The translations under genes and the position numbers were made by a program. The notes beneath the pieces are model-generated. The model did no database searches, had not been told where the DNA came from, and was given only the letters and a program-made list of their open reading frames with translations. From Paragordius varius (Eukaryota > Animalia > Nematomorpha), in contig OZ176053.1 of assembly GCA_964247055.1 (NCBI GenBank), positions 5,084,001-5,148,000 on the forward strand: a DNA stretch of 64,000 bases, given 5' to 3'. Shown here one piece after another: positions 40,601-53,680 of the stretch (within the stretch, counting starts at the first letter, position 1; each line of letters opens with the position of its first letter).

Positions 40601-43303
40601 TATACCAAGTCTTAATTTTCTATTAATTTAATATTTGATCAATAAGTAGCTGACCATATTTATTGACTCACACCCTGAATGATACTAATAAACGAATTAT
40701 TGAAGGGCCGAATAAAATAACTTTCTGGGCTGTCGTTTACCATATCCGACAAGTATATCACAGTTGTTTGACAAATATGCTGATATTTTTAATTTAAATA
40801 GGTGTATCAAAAAATAAAATAAAAACACCTTAAAACGCACTCGTAGGGCCCAATTAGGCTGTGGGCCGCCTTAGAGTACCACTACTAATCTATCATAGCT
40901 AAACTATGTCAAATAACTAATAATAATAATTTTTGGTTACAGGTAAAAACTAATGTAAATGACTTTTTAGACAAAACCAGTAGTTATTAATCATCTTTAA
41001 AATTTTGTTGTGAATGCACAATTATCGTGAAGAAACTCAGGTCATTGAATGCTTTCTATTGCTTTTATATGGCTATATAGACATAGAAGAATACATAAAA
41101 GCCAAACCTATAGCAATTACAGTAGACAATGAATCTTGGATGTTATCTTTCATAAATATAACAGTGGAAGACAATCAGGTAACTCCTGTATTGTTACATT
41201 TACCTTTAAATTTGAAGTACTTCCAAAAATGCTATAAAAAATTTTTTTTATAATTATCGTGTGATATATAACATGTATGCGATAATTATTTCTTATTTTT
41301 TTCTTCACTTTCTTTTGACATTTTAATGGTTTTAGAAAAAAATTCTGTATAGTAAATGGTAAATATAGGATTGCTTAAAACTAAATCTAAATAAATTTAC
41401 TTTGAAATTGGTAATTTTGTTTAGTTAGTATATTCGCAAATTACAAAAATCGATAACAGGATTTTATAAACTTTTATAAGTTTTCAATAAGTTTTAAGAT
41501 TATTTTTCCACATAACTTGCATTAACATTGAAGTCTTTATTTATAGAAACAAAATAATGTAGCTTTTAAAATATATTGAATAAAAATCATTACTTTATAA
41601 AAATGCATTGATTGCTTTTGTAAAGTTAATAAATTAAATTTTAAACACCAATTTTCATCGTTAATATTACTGCTAGTTATATGAGCCTTTACAAGCATTT
41701 AGTGAATGAGTCGTCTTAAATGGCTTAAAAAAGATATGGCAAAATTTTGAGATAAGGGCCACAGTCAAAAAATATATAGGCATTAAAAAATATTTCATTG
41801 ATTTCAACCATAAAATGGTAAAAAATTGGGCACACTCTAAAAATTATACCAATTTTTGCTATTTGAATGGAAAAACGTATTAAACGATCGTCAATGATCA
41901 CTTTTTATAAGATTGATTTAAAAAATATTTTTTCCAAATCATTCGTGCTCACACAAAATTTCTCAGAGAGCCAGCTGTTAAACACCACGTATATAAAGTT
42001 TGGTATGGGGAAATGTGAGTCTGATCAACGGCTAATTCACATGGCCCTTAGATCGGATAATATTATTTTACAAAAATTTTGTTGACTGTTTTTTTTAACA
42101 TTTATTAAATAAATCATTTAAACAGAGTTTGGAGGATCAAATTGAATTAGTAGCGGATAATGGGGTCGATGGTTACCTCATTGTATACTCCATTAATGAT
42201 CGAAACACGTACACCAAAGCAATCGAAATTTTACATGATTTATCTCGTATACCAGGATCTAAAGCTCAAATATTGGTTGGTAATAAAGCAGATCTGGTAA
42301 GGGCTAGAGACATAACACAGGATGGTAAATTAAATAATTTTTTATACCCATTGAAATTATTTTAGTTAAGATTAACTAATTTGATATGATAATTAGATAT
42401 AATGGAGATTGTATATTTATTTTTCGAAAATTTGTCAATCCTAAATTCACATTCGAAAAATCAATAACCAAAACAATTTAATTGCGATCATGGCAAACAA
42501 TGATATTATTTAATTGACCATCCTTTATAGTGTGGCTTTAGCAAATATATATCTTTTGTAATACAGAAGCCGTTGAACTATCCAAAAAATATGGCTGTAA
42601 ATTCATTGAAATATCATCTGGTTTAAACATGAACCTCGATAATTTGTTGGTGGGCATAGTTTGGCAAATCCGAAAAAATAAGGCAAAACAGGCGTTGTTA
42701 AACTTGGAAGATTTGGAAATGCGAAGAACAGCAAGTGGGTCAAGACTTTCTGATGTTTTAATCGACGATTTAATTAAAGCTATAAACGCGGGAAAAATTA
42801 GTATAAATAATGATTCCTTAAGAAATGATAAAAGAGTAGTTCCCCCTGAAAAACATGCCAAAGGTAGATCGGTGTCCCAAAAAGTACGACAAAAACGAAA
42901 AAAACATAAATCTTTTTTACCGAGCCGTCGTTCCTCAGGTGATGTTAGATTATCCTTTAATGACTTTACTAACAACAGCAAAAATAATATAACCGGTATG
43001 AATGTGGCTGAACCAAGAAAGTCTTCCTTTTTTAATTGGTCGGATATAATGCATCCCTTAATTAAAAACAACAACAATAATAATAATAATAATCCTTTAA
43101 CCAATGAAAAATTGATCGAATACCCAGGGAGAGAGAGCAGACGAAATATATTACTTGGCAATGGTACAAAAGGTGCTAAACACATGTTAAATAAGTTTGT
43201 ACGTATAGCTAAATTAAAAATTAAACATCCACATTTATCTCAAATCACTAGGCCTTCTTTACACAAACAACCATCAAAATCCTGTGAAAATTTATATATA
43301 TAA
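34667..43303 (+). CDS. RGK-family (Rem/Rad/Gem/Kir) small GTPase with a long N-terminal extension, ~706 aa; exons 34667-35510, 38829-39071, 41081-41178, 42126-42324, 42567-43303
   Basis: VRVRNFSLTPEGTVINRGDSFR (invertebrate RGK N-terminal motif); G1 VLVLGASKVGKS; DGYLIVYSINDR; G4 ILVGNKADLVRARDI; KYGCKFIEISSGLNMNLDNLLVGIVWQIR; C-terminal KSCENLYI. Phases 1, 1, 0, 1 are consistent; total 2121 nt. Confidence 0.92.
39375..39958. repeat. Imperfect ~580-bp palindrome (foldback MITE-like) in RGK intron 2
   Basis: Paired segments include TCCGTATAAATCCC/GGGATTTATACGGA, GTGGAATAT/ATATTCCAC, TTTTATTCAGTAAAAAA/TTTTTTACTGAATAAAA and TTTTTTATGAA/TTCATAAAAAA; the loop is at ~39635-39675. Confidence 0.75.
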
Positions 43304-43977
43304 TATGTTGACACTGTTTATATGTCCTCTTTCTTACAGTGAATATAAAAACATTTATTAAAATCCAAAATATATTGTTGGAAAAATGGAGATCCGTATA
43401 AATTAAAAAATATTATAAACGGAAATGGCATCTTACACTTTCATATAGCCTGTTATTAAAAGAGAAAAAAGCAACAAAAAATGAGGACCAAAAGTAACCA
43501 ATAGTTAATTTATGACAAAATCTATCCAATTGTTATTAATATTATTCAGAAATAGTTCATCTCATCAAAAATTTCATCCAACTATGTATTATTGATTCGT
43601 ATTTTTACACATATTTGTAGTTTTTTGTTTGAATATAAAACTTTATAAAAATAAATGTAATTTTTCTTTTACCTAATAAATTAGAAATATACCATTTTCT
43701 TTTCCAAAAATGATATTGACACTCGACAAAACGGATATAGAAGTGATTTTTCAGACTCACAAAAATAATTTTTGTACATTTATTTGAAGTGCAAAATAAA
43801 TAAAATTTTTATGGATAAAATATAATATAGGATATAAATAGCATATTCAATAAAGTACATATAGTGATAGAATATAAATTTACTAAAATTAAAATACAAT
43901 ATAGGATATGTTAGAGAGAAAGAGAACATGTCCAAAATGACAGATGACACAAATGTATGAAACATATATGTATCAAA

Positions 43978-46900
43978 TTAACGTATAGGTATATAGGCAT
44001 CAATCTTAGATCTATTCTTTTGAGCAATACATTCCGCAATCCATATAATGTTACGATCTTCCTGTTCACGCAATTTAATGTACGCATAAAAGATACCAAA
44101 ATGGAATTGTTGCATGAAAGCCATTAAGTTTAAATGAACCTAAATAAATATAGTAAAGTAATATGTAATCTCATATATTATTGTGTTTCAAATTAAAGAA
44201 TTGATGTAATTGTGGTAAAACAAAAAAAATTGTAATATATAAAAATCCCTGTAAAAAATACCCTTATTTCAATCGATAAAAATAATTTGGTTCAAAAATC
44301 TTGTAAGTAAGTCTATAAATATACCTCACGTTCAAAAAATTTGTCTTCCAATGTTTTATCGCCGGGATTAGTACCGATTCCATCAAACAATGGTTTATAA
44401 TCCTACCAAAATTGAAAATATTAGTATAGATAATGCATTTTAACGATATACAGTATGATTAAGTATATATTGCTAGAATGTTATTAATTATTGGCAAATA
44501 GCATATTCATCAAAGAGAGAATTATTATTGGCTTATAATAGTAAAAATAAAAAAAAATAACTATAAGCCAATAATACTGTCCTTTGTTCTATATGTTATT
44601 TGGCAATAATTAATAACTTTCTATCAACGTATACTTACTCATAATGTAATTAACTGATCACCGTTTTTGCTGTGATTGAGAATAAAAAAATTAATTACAT
44701 ATGGGTATCCATAACAATATTTTTAGGAATATAAATGATGTTTTGTTAAATCATTAATTGTGAAAACAATGTTTAGTAATTATATTTAGTTTTGATAAGG
44801 AATACAAAGGAAGTTAACTTTTATTATGACAAAAAATTTATTTTTATTAATTTTGAAATAAACGGCAATGTGTCAGCTCTCTAGTAGCTTGGAAAATAAA
44901 ATAGTTTAATATTTTTCAACCCATGTTAAGAATTATCTAAAAATTAATTTTGTTGTAATGTAAATCGTATATCACAGCAATTAAGTAAAAAATTTTATTC
45001 ATATCCCCATCTATTAATACTGTATATTTTTGTAACAATTTTAATATTATAAATGTTTATTTTTAAAATAAGTATATCCTATTCTCACGGGAAAATATGT
45101 ATTTATAAAAAAATTACAATTAACACTTAAAAATTGCCAAAATTAAGAAATCTTAAAAATATAAATATAAACTATTCTAAATATAATTTGTCTAAATTTT
45201 GGATGAAACATTGTACGGCTTTTATCATAAATCACATAGAATTAACTTAAACCAACCATTATTTCGTAAACATTTCATGAAGTTTGTTTGTTATCCTTCA
45301 ATTTACTATTTGATTGATTAAAAGTGTTTAAATATTAAAAACAAAATTAGGATAAAAACAATTGTAATTGTACTATATAAAATTATTTTAAAAACAAAAA
45401 TAATGATAAAGCCAAATTTCTTTAGGTGGCTAAAATATTTGGCATAATTAATATAAGTTAAATCAATCCTTTAACTAAAATTTGTGAAAATTATTGAAAT
45501 ATGCACTAATTTTTCATTATGATAAAGAAAATGGTGAGTGTCATTTACTAAAATTGTATGAAATAGTTTTTTATTGCCAAAAATAAAAATAATTTATTTA
45601 AAATTATATCATATACAAGTGAAATGAAAAAACAATACTCAAAGGCATTTTAAATAAGACGCAAAAAATAATAGAATCAAATATAATAAGTAATAGTTAA
45701 TGGCGCAAATTTAAAATAAGATACTTGTGAGTCATCATTTTTTGTGAAATATTTCAGAACCTGACAAATGACAACACTCTAAGTTGAATTTAATTTAATT
45801 AACTTGATATAATAAAAATATTCACAATAGCAAAAGCCGGTGTGATAATTAAACATAAAACATTAAAAAAATTATTTATGTATTTTCGCTCAATATTTTT
45901 CGTAATGTACAATTTAAATGGGTCAAAACCAAAAATATACATTCTTATCATTCCTATTGAATTTAAAGTCGCTTTAATTAATAATACGCGCTTTGTATAT
46001 CAGAATAATAAAACGTTGCCTTTGCTTAGCCGACACCAAAAATTTCACGTACACACCAATAAAAATGGGCATAATACAAATTTACCACATATTACGATAA
46101 GTACGGGGACTCAGCTTACCCCCTAATAAACTATAAAATATCTTTTTTTAAAAGTAAAAATTTAAACACTTACACCATAATATTCAGCGACCGCTTGAAC
46201 CTGATCATATTCATCGGCTTTCCCGAGCAGGGTTAAGCCATCAGGATATAATTTTCCACATCGCGGGTAAAGTTTAATCCTATCATCTCGAGTAAGTTCT
46301 GTACCAAAACTGTTGATTGTTATGATAAAGGCCCGACGGTCTGCTTCAAACTATGTTATATGTGCACATATATTTAATTTGATTAGGTAACAATTAAAAT
46401 TAACAAGTCTAATGTGTGTATATGTCTTAACTTTACTAAAATTTTGTAACTCTACATTATTTAACATAATATTATATAAGCTCTAACCAAAATAAATTGA
46501 ATATAATGGTTCTTAATATACCGCTAATATTTCAGCCATAACTTGCGCCGTAGTTCCCCCAAGTTTCTGACAATACTTGTAAAAGTCTTCAAGGTAGGCC
46601 TGGTATATATAAAATCAATTAGGAATGACATCATTACAATATATTAATTTAATAAGAAGATCAAATCTTAATATTTGGTTCAAAAGAAATTATCTACTTT
46701 TTTAAAAACCCGTTATTTATTAATTAATAAAAACCAATAATCGATTATTAGACAGTGTCAAAATCTGCCCTAATAGGCCCATTAATAAATTCAGGGGATA
46801 AATGGGAAAATTAGTCGTTTTAAATACAGAAAATGTGACAGCTAGAGTTATTTTAGATGTATGTGTATATATATATATATATATATATAAATTTTATAAT

Positions 46901-49900
46901 AAAAGGAATAAATAGCATACATCCATACACAACAAGAATTTTTTAGATAGGCACAATAATTTTTCATCAGTAATTGAAAAAAATGACGACCGTAAAAAAA
47001 CAAAAGCATTTCATCATTATTCTTTTGCCTACAAATATTAAAGTATAAAGCCAGGTGGAATATTCAATCATTAAATTTAGACATGCTAACAAGCGAATAT
47101 ATTGGGTTATTAATATACATAAATAAATTAAATGGCACAAGCGTTATCATAATATATATATATATATATATATATTGCATTTCGTTTAATTTGTCTATAA
47201 ACAACATTGTATCAATTGCGCTAATTTATTTTTTAAATTATTTATCGAATCAAAAATAGGTCTCAAGCATTTAAATGTAAATTGTAATTATCCTAGCCCT
47301 TGGAATATTTGTTATTTTTAAAAAATTTGGCAAAACCCCATAATGCCAGTAATGAAAAAATACATTTAAAATTTTGAAATTTGATATTATGACCAATTAT
47401 TTTTATTATTTAAAATATTTAAAGCCCATCATCTAAGTGAGCTAAATTTTAGGTGACAAACAAAACCTTAAAGTATGTCTTATATGGTTAGCACAAAATT
47501 CCTCTCCAATATAATCACATACTTTGTAAAGTGTGTTTCGAATTATTTCAATGTTCATTTCATCCAAATCTTGTTCTGAGATGCAATCCGAAAAGTATGG
47601 AGCTATAATTGGTATTAAAATTTAAAACAAAAAAAATATACAAACTACGTTACGCAAATTACTTTGGAATAAATTGTAAAATATTCATTATAATATTTAT
47701 AAAAACCTAAAGGTGTATCAACTAGCACGGCGTTATATAATTCAGCAGGTGTGCTTGCTATGTGAATAGCTTCCATTTGCTCAAAATTTCCCAGAGGGTG
47801 ACATTTCGTAATCAATTCCGATATTGGCCTTTGATGCAAAGTTCCAGTTATTAAAAGGATAATATTGTCAATCATGTAGGAATATCTATAGCAACAATAA
47901 TTAAACTTGAGAATCTGAAATCGACATTTTAATTTAAATCTCCCAAGAAAAGGCTAAAAATAGTTTTACAAAAAATGCATAAGAAAGAGACTAGCTTAAG
48001 GGATTAGGAAAGCATAGTATTAATATGATTTTTTATAAAACATAAACCGTTTTAAGAACTTTAATAATAATACTGAGAACTAGCTGTCATAAAATTTTCA
48101 AAATCCGCATTATTGCATAATACTTCTTAAAACGAAATTCATAGCTTAATTATTCAGTCAAATATGGAAAACAAAGGTAATAGTAATCCAATAAAACCAA
48201 TATTTAAAATAATTTTATAACAGTTATCGGTGTATCTTAATATATTTATAAAAATTTTATCGTTTCTATATAACAATTTTTACCCAATAAAATTTTATTA
48301 AAATGCGGAAAATTAGCTCATAGCAAAATTTGTTTTATGTTAACACCATATAAATTTAAAAATTATCTATGATGTTTTTCTGAAAATGTATCAATTTTAA
48401 TTAAAAAAAATCCTCATCTTGAACTCTTTGACGCCTTGGTTTCTCAAAAAATAGCACATGAAACTTGGTAAAATCTTTATAAATTATTTGTATTTTTCAT
48501 TCGGACGAAATATATTTATTTTATTTTAAAAAACATTTGTGCCTAAACTTACTATTAATATATCACTTAATGTAAAAACAATGGTTGACATTATAAACCA
48601 GTGGTACTCACCAAAAAAATATGACGGGCCAAATAAAATATATTTTTTTTTCGAGGGCCATTCCCTTATAATAATTCCATAGCTATTTAACACATATGCA
48701 CATATTTATACTCTAAATCAGCACAATGAATTTTTTGCGGATCGCATGTAAATCCAGCTAAAAACTGGTTTTCCATTTAGTTTAAAAAATTAAAATATTT
48801 TGATAAAAAATTTTATTTCGATATTAACCAATATTTTTTGACAAATTTTTCACCTCATGACAGGCCAATCTTAATACGTCGTCCATATGAACATCGGTTA
48901 AGCAGTTTCTGTATGTCTTCTTGAGATATTTTATTTTTGAATATGACGTTTTGCACGTATAAGTTGAGGGAAAAGAGTTAGGATAACTTCAGCACATTTT
49001 TTTATATTTTCATATTTATTTGGCACATCTTGCCAAAACTCTACATATCTTTCTTCTCTACGATTCTCTTTGAATATCCAAATTGGAATTTTTAAAACCT
49101 ACGTCTTTAATGATATGCGCCTGATCAAAACCGAAGTGCTCAAGTCGCTTAATGCTGGATATATCATGGATATTCGACGAGTTTTAAGCAATATTTAATA
49201 TATCTTAATTTTTGAAACTGACTCATTAGATAAAAATGTTAGATGATCTATTATTAAATTAATCTCCGCGGTAAATTCCATATTTTCTTCATGAATCGTT
49301 TTAAGTGTTGAATACAGAAGTTTTTGATTTATAAAATCTAGTTTATATTATTAATTTTTAAAAGATATTTCATTAGCAAATTGGGTTATTATTTTGCTTC
49401 CTTGACGACGTATTGAAAAAGTTTATAAGTAATGTCGCAAAGGTAGGCTAATATAACCCACCATATGTCTATATAAATTTCCTCGTCAAACTTTCTGTTA
49501 TCTTTAATAAATATTAAAATTTCATGTCTTAAAACAAAAAATCTATTCAGTACTTTGCTAAGGCTTAGCCATCTCACAGCAATGTACAAAAGTATATAAT
49601 CAAACTCACTGTGGATATCTTTCAGAAGGTTTTTAAATTTACGGCGGTTGAATTCTCTGCCACGGATGTGGTTAACTATATTCACAACCGTTTAAATTAC
49701 TGAATTGAGTGATTCATCTTTTACACGCGAAACCATTGATGAATAAAGCAGTGAAAGGATAAAATATTTTAAAGAGGAATAAATCATTTGGTTATTCCAA
49801 TCATAGAGGCACAGCCATCTGTGCAGATCGAAACCGATTTTTCATAGATATACCATTATTATCGAAAAAAGTTTTAATTATTTCGAGAAAATCTTTTCCT

Positions 49901-51023
49901 TTCGTGGTATTATTCATTAGTAAAAATTTTAAATATTTATCGTTGATTATGTTGCCGTTGCAAAATCTTACAAAGAGAGCACATTGAGGTGTTGTACTAA
50001 TATCAGTGCTAGAATCAATACTAAAATATTTGCTGTTTTTCGGAGCCAATAATGTATCGTTAAAAAGATATTAATACATATCTTCAATGCGTCCAGCACA
50101 TGTTCAGAAAGTTGAAGTTTTTTAATTTGCCTCATGATTTGATCTTTATATGGAAATTATCAAATAAAAAAGTGCAACCATTTATTAGACATTCTTTTAG
50201 TTGGAAATCAGTAAACGGTTTCATATTTTTTCCTAGATGTGGATTTGAAAAATATTTTATGGGAATGAGTTATATAAAATGAGGCAGGATAGCTATGAAA
50301 AGATTATGTATATGCAAGTTTGGGTGAAAGGCTTGCTTAAATACAAAAAAGGAATGCAATAAAAATTTCAAAATAAAAAAGAAAACAGTATACAGAAAGA
50401 ACGTGTGTCAAAATTTAATTATTTTAATGTAGGGAAATTTTGCATATCGAATTGGGTAAAAAAATAAAAACTACCAAAATGAAATCTAAAGAAAATAAAT
50501 TAATATTAAAATAATCGAAAATTCGTTTATGTGTTAAAGGGCAATTTTAAAGCACTCTTAGGGCCGCATGCGGCCCGCGGGCCGCGGTTTGAGTATCACT
50601 GTTATAAACTGTTAACAACCTATTATCGGTTATATAAACTTATATTTATTGTATAATACGTAATGTAATCAAGGAATGTGGACAATGGTTCCATGGCTTG
50701 ATTTCGCATATACTGGAATTCTAAAACTAATCGCTCCTTGATCTTCTCATCGATAGTAGCAACTGAAATAGGACTTGGTTCATTAGCTAAAAAATTTCCA
50801 TAATCGGATGTCTGAAGATGTACTTTCATATCTATATAAGTTTATTATTTTTATATTTTATAATCATGAGTTATTAGTAAAATATGTTGATAAATGTACC
50901 GTCTAAGGATTCACATTGCACTAAATTTCCATAATCTTGATTAGTTAGTATACCGCTTTCTAAACCACGTACTATACCTTCTAAATAACCATGATTTATG
51001 TTAAATAATAGCTCTGGATACAT
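43978..51023 (-). CDS. ATP6V0D1: V-type proton ATPase V0 subunit d, 349 aa; exons 51023-50900, 50831-50660, 47885-47707, 47602-47523, 46599-46522, 46350-46174, 44402-44325, 44139-43978
   Basis: [28 protein letters not shown]; [16 protein letters not shown]; [19 protein letters not shown]; [23 protein letters not shown]; [11 protein letters not shown]; [31 protein letters not shown]. All phases are consistent; total 1050 nt. Confidence 0.98.
44473..44624. repeat. ~150-bp AT-rich hairpin in a V-ATPase d intron
   Basis: GTTATTAATTATTGGCAAATAGCATA...ATTATTGGCTTATA pairs with TATAAGCCAATAAT...TATGTTATTTGGCAATAATTAATAAC around an A-rich loop. Confidence 0.75.
48599..50601 (-). mobile_element. hAT (Charlie/SPIN, GTF2IRD2-like) DNA transposon, 2003 bp, with both ends intact and a disrupted transposase, in V-ATPase d intron 2
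   Basis: Perfect 8-bp TSD TTATAAAC at 48591-48598 and 50602-50609; TIRs CAGTGGTACTCA / CAGTGATACTCA. Transposase motifs [28 protein letters not shown] and [14 protein letters not shown] lie in different frames. Confidence 0.95.
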
Positions 51024-51479
51024 TGAAAACGGGCAGGTGAAACCAAAGTTACATGAGAATTAAAGACATATGTTATGGTAATTCACTCGTATAATGTTAC
51101 GGCATCTACACATTTATAAAATTGTAAAATCAACCTTGAGACAATTTGAGAGTCAAATTTAAAGTCAAATTTTTTAAAAGTTGTAATTAAAAGTCGTTAG
51201 TAAAAGCCGCTCAATTTTACCCCACCTTTGTAAGATAGGGTATAAAAGTCTTCAAAATTCTAAGTAAGAGGTAAGTTTTCAAAAAAATGCAGCCCTATAA
51301 AGCTTTAGGACTTCATCTTTTAGGGGGGTTGTATACCTTATGGCTATATTTAATACTTACGCTAATTAAAATATGCTTTCTTCAGCCTTTTGAGCGCCTG
51401 ATACAAAATTTTTATAAAAAAATATTAAAATTGTATTTTATATGGCTAACACAACAGGAAAATATATGTATCACTGTAG

Positions 51480-51621
51480 AGCTCAACACTTGATTAACTT
51501 TTACTTTTTGTCATACCTTATCTTATTGGGTAGTTTTATAACCCATAGCTTAACACTTGACTAACTTTTACTTTTTTGTCATACCTTATCTTTTTGGGTA
51601 GTTTTATAACCAAGAGCTTAA
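51480..51621. repeat. Tandem duplication of a 67-68 bp unit (2 copies) ~460 bp upstream of the V-ATPase d start
   Basis: AGCT(C/T)AACACTTGA(T/C)TAACTTTTAC...GGGTAGTTTTATAACC repeats at 51480 and 51547. Confidence 0.9.
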
Positions 51622-52541
51622 ATTTATAAATAAACTACTGTTTCGAAATATTTTAGTAATTTAATTATCAAACCTTCTCATGTGTTTTATAAAAATTTTA
51701 CCATTTTGTGACTTCGAGAGTCTAACATTGTCACAGCTCCAAAGCACGATTAAATCGACAACTGATATTAAAATCAAAATATCACGTTTTTGCTGGTAAA
51801 ATGTACTCCGAGAGCTTAATGTTAATTATTTACATAATATGCATTATTCATTGGCGATTTAAAAAATTTTATTGAAAAAAATGGCCGCAAAAAGGTTTGA
51901 GTTGAGGATTTTTTGCAATTTTTCTTTTTCAAAAATTAATATAATACATCTAAAAGGCTTAAAAAAGCATATTTTAAAATTCGGTAAGATGTTCAAATTT
52001 TAAATCGCTTCGGGATATAACACCTCAAAAGGTAATTGTGTTAAAATTCTACCAAAAGCTTAGCAGCAAATTTTATATATATTTTATCATGTTTGTTAGC
52101 TATCCGCATTTGGGAGTATAAAAGCAAAAATGTCTAATTTATATAACTAATGTAGGGGGATATAACCTACATACCTTTGAAAAGTTTTACTACATTAAAC
52201 TCTGGATTAAACTGCCCAAATAGTCATTGCATACTGAAAATAAAAATGTCTTGTAGCGTTAATAATGGATTTGACGAAGATGCGATAGACTAAGCCGTTT
52301 TTAAACTGACCTCTTGGGGAGTTTTATCTCCCAGTGATTTAAAATTCAAATATCTTCAAAAGTATGTACGGCATCTATACAAAAAAATTTGAAAAATGTA
52401 AAATTGTGAAAAATTCTTACCTCCATCTCGTCGCCAATTTTTTCTTTAATTTTCAATAAATCGCCAATGCAACGGCAAATTAATGCATATTTTAGAATAA
52501 TGATATGATGTAATATCAGCAAATTAATAATAAATTTATTA

Positions 52542-52578
52542 ATGAATTTTCTTAGATTCCTCTAACTTCTTCGGATCA
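52542..52578 (-). ncRNA. Degenerate hammerhead-like motif downstream of the outer Penelope ORF
   Basis: Minus strand CCGAAGAAG-TTAGA(GGAA)TCTAA-GAAA: perfect stem II hairpin but a mutated core (CCG for CTG; the C before GAAA is missing). Confidence 0.45.
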
Positions 52579-53120
52579 ACATAAAAATAAAATTAAAATA
52601 AAGATACAAAATAAAATTATAAAATATTTTATAAAAATAAAGATGCATATTTATTTATGAAAAATTCCGTTACTTTGTTAATGTGATTAATTTCTTTTTT
52701 TTGTTTATTAATTTATCTTCATTATTTATATAGTAACTTTCTTTTAATAATCTTCGAGTGTCATTTTCTTCTTTATCTAAAATCTCAACGTTATCCCAAT
52801 CAATATTGTGTCTGTACTTATGTGCCTGATATGCAAGTGCCGACAAATTTACTTTGTTTCTTCTTTCTGCGGCTTTGTGTTCTTTTATTCGAGTGTTTAC
52901 AGTAGCGTATGCAGTAAAAGATTGTTAGTGCAAAATAATCTTAATGAACACAAAACAGGGGGATATTATGGATATTGTAATGGTAATGAACGGATTGGTT
53001 ATGTTTTGTAATAACAGTTGTTAAAATCCGTAATATAATGATAAAGGATAATTAAATAGAATTAAATGAAATAATAAATAGAAATTATAAACGATATGTG
53101 AAACCCTTCGTCAATAGTAA

Positions 53121-53161
53121 TCGCAGACTAGTTTCGTGCTTGTTAGCACTCATCAGTACGA
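53121..53161 (-). ncRNA. Mirror-copy minimal type I hammerhead ribozyme (predicted cleavage after position 53126 on the minus strand)
   Basis: Exact reverse complement of 53640-53680. Confidence 0.9.
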
Positions 53162-53639
53162 CACAACTATTTGACTTGGGGTTTTCACATATCGATTTCG
53201 TATATATATACAACTCTGCAATTTTGGTATAAATGCAGTTGGTTATACGAATTTTAAATTAAATTTAATGTAATTTATGAAAATTAAACTGAAAATTTGA
53301 AAATAAACTGAAAATTAACTCTAGGGGTGAGCCTAGATTTAGAGTATAGCTGCTTAGGGATTTCATAGAAATCATATCATCTTTATCTTATGTTTCTTAT
53401 CATAATAGAGTGCTTCTTAGTTATTAAAATGATTCTATGAAATCCCTAAGCAGCTATACTCTAAATCTAGGCTCACCCCTAGAGTTAATTTTCAGTTATT
53501 TTCAAATTTTTAGTTTAATTTTCATAAATTACATTAAATTAATTTAAAATTCGTATAACCAACTGCATTTATACCAAAATTGCAGAGTTGGATATATATA
53601 CGAAATCGATATGTGAAAACCCCAAGTCAAATAGTTGTG

Positions 53640-53680
53640 TCGTACTGATGAGTGCTAACAAGCACGAAACTAGTCTGCGA
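53640..53680 (+). ncRNA. Minimal type I hammerhead ribozyme (predicted cleavage after GUC at 53675)
   Basis: TCGTA-CTGATGA-GTGCT(AACA)AGCAC-GAAA-C(TA)GTC-TGCGA: intact core, 5-bp stem II, stem I TCGTA/TGCGA, palindromic stem III ACTAGT. Stem I extends to 53607-53709. Confidence 0.9.

Noticed and set aside
42538-43185. Long antisense ORFs (also 8739-8984, 9395-9601, 20913-21170, 28230-28649 and 13191-13715 in alternative frames)
   Set aside because: These are shadows of real exons, with no recognisable domains or splice context.
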